This document shows, piece by piece, positions 63,172 to 64,000 of a DNA stretch of 64,000 bases (within the stretch, counting starts at the first letter, position 1; each line of letters opens with the position of its first letter). The notes below the pieces were generated by a model that made no database searches, had not been told where the DNA came from, and saw only the letters and a list, made by a program, of their open reading frames with translations. The translations under genes and the position numbers were made by a program. Source of the DNA: Camelus ferus (Eukaryota); contig NC_045696.1 in assembly GCF_009834535.1 (NCBI RefSeq), positions 50,346,001 through 50,410,000 of the forward strand, given 5' to 3'.

Positions 63172-63778
63172 TGGAGAGATTGCATTTTCCAAACTGGCTG
63201 CAAAAATATCTCCCATCCTTCCTGCTCTTCTGCTATGTGATCTTGCCACTCCTCCCATGTAAGAGGGGAGCCCAGTTCCTTTTTCTTTGAATCTGGGCAG
63301 GCTTATGGCTGCTTCTACTAGGAAAGTATGGCAGAAGTGGTACTGTATGACTTCTAAGACTGGGTGAAAGCAATGTAGCATTTTCTGGTTCACTAGAATA
63401 CCTCCTCTTGGAGCCTGGAATTGCCAAGTAAGAAGTTCAACAACCATGAGGTCACTGTGCTGTCAGGAAGCCAAACCACATGGAAGCGTCACAAGAAGGT
63501 GCTGCATTCAGCAGCTCCAGTGGCATCCCCAGCAAAGAGTCAATACCAACTGTCAAACCTGTGAGTGCATCATCTTGAACATCCAGCCTAGTCTAGCCTT
63601 CAGATGACAGCAGCCCCAGTGACATCTGATTTCAACTGCTTGAAAAACCCCAATCCAGAATCAGCTAGCCACGCTCTTTCCAAATTTCCAATCCAAAAAA
63701 TAACGAGCAAAATAAAATGGCTGTTTTAAGGCACTAAGTTTGGGGGTAATTTGTTATGCAACAATAGTAGCCCAAACA
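63172..63778 (+). mobile_element. MLT1 (MLT1F/G-like) MaLR solo LTR
   Basis: gccttcagatgacagcagcccca...gttttaaggcactaagtttgggggtaatttgttatgcaacaatag...aaca. Confidence 0.85.
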
Positions 63779-64000
63779 GAATTATTTCAGAGTTACCCAT
63801 ACTTCCTATTATTCAGACTGCTTCAGAATCTAAGAAAATCAGAAGTTTCTGGTCACCTTCAGGAAAGGAGTGTCTTTTCTGAGACACTTGACCTTGACCT
63901 TTCCAACACCCTGGTGTTCCTAGAATTTGCTAACACCTAATGGACCTGACAAGCAATCAGACAGAGAAAATTATCTTCACCAGAACTTTCCAAGAGAGAC

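Overview
Mammalian genomic DNA that is AT-rich, CpG-depleted and dense in transposable elements. It is most likely camelid, because it carries three copies of a tRNA-derived SINE resembling the camelid Vic-1 family (recognised from memory). I found no credible host protein-coding exon, and the listed ORFs are transposon fragments or chance ORFs. The main contents are: (1) a degenerate, internally deleted gammaretrovirus-like (class I) provirus on the minus strand at about 3406-8220, with both LTRs, a PBS, a PPT, a gag zinc knuckle, pro/pol and an env TM remnant; its 3' LTR is CpG-rich and looks like a promoter or first exon, while its 5' LTR has decayed; (2) a nested transposon stack at about 21.8-30.2 kb whose insertion order can be read from target-site duplications, including a 5'-complete L1 with two large ORF2 deletions; (3) a near full-length decayed L1 at about 46.7-52.8 kb; (4) many MIR, L2, MLT1, hAT and Tigger relics; (5) a patchwork templated duplication with an inversion at about 37.7-37.84 kb, next to a promoter-like segment. 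Repeat family names come from recalled consensus similarity, not a database search. Boundaries without TSD support are approximate.
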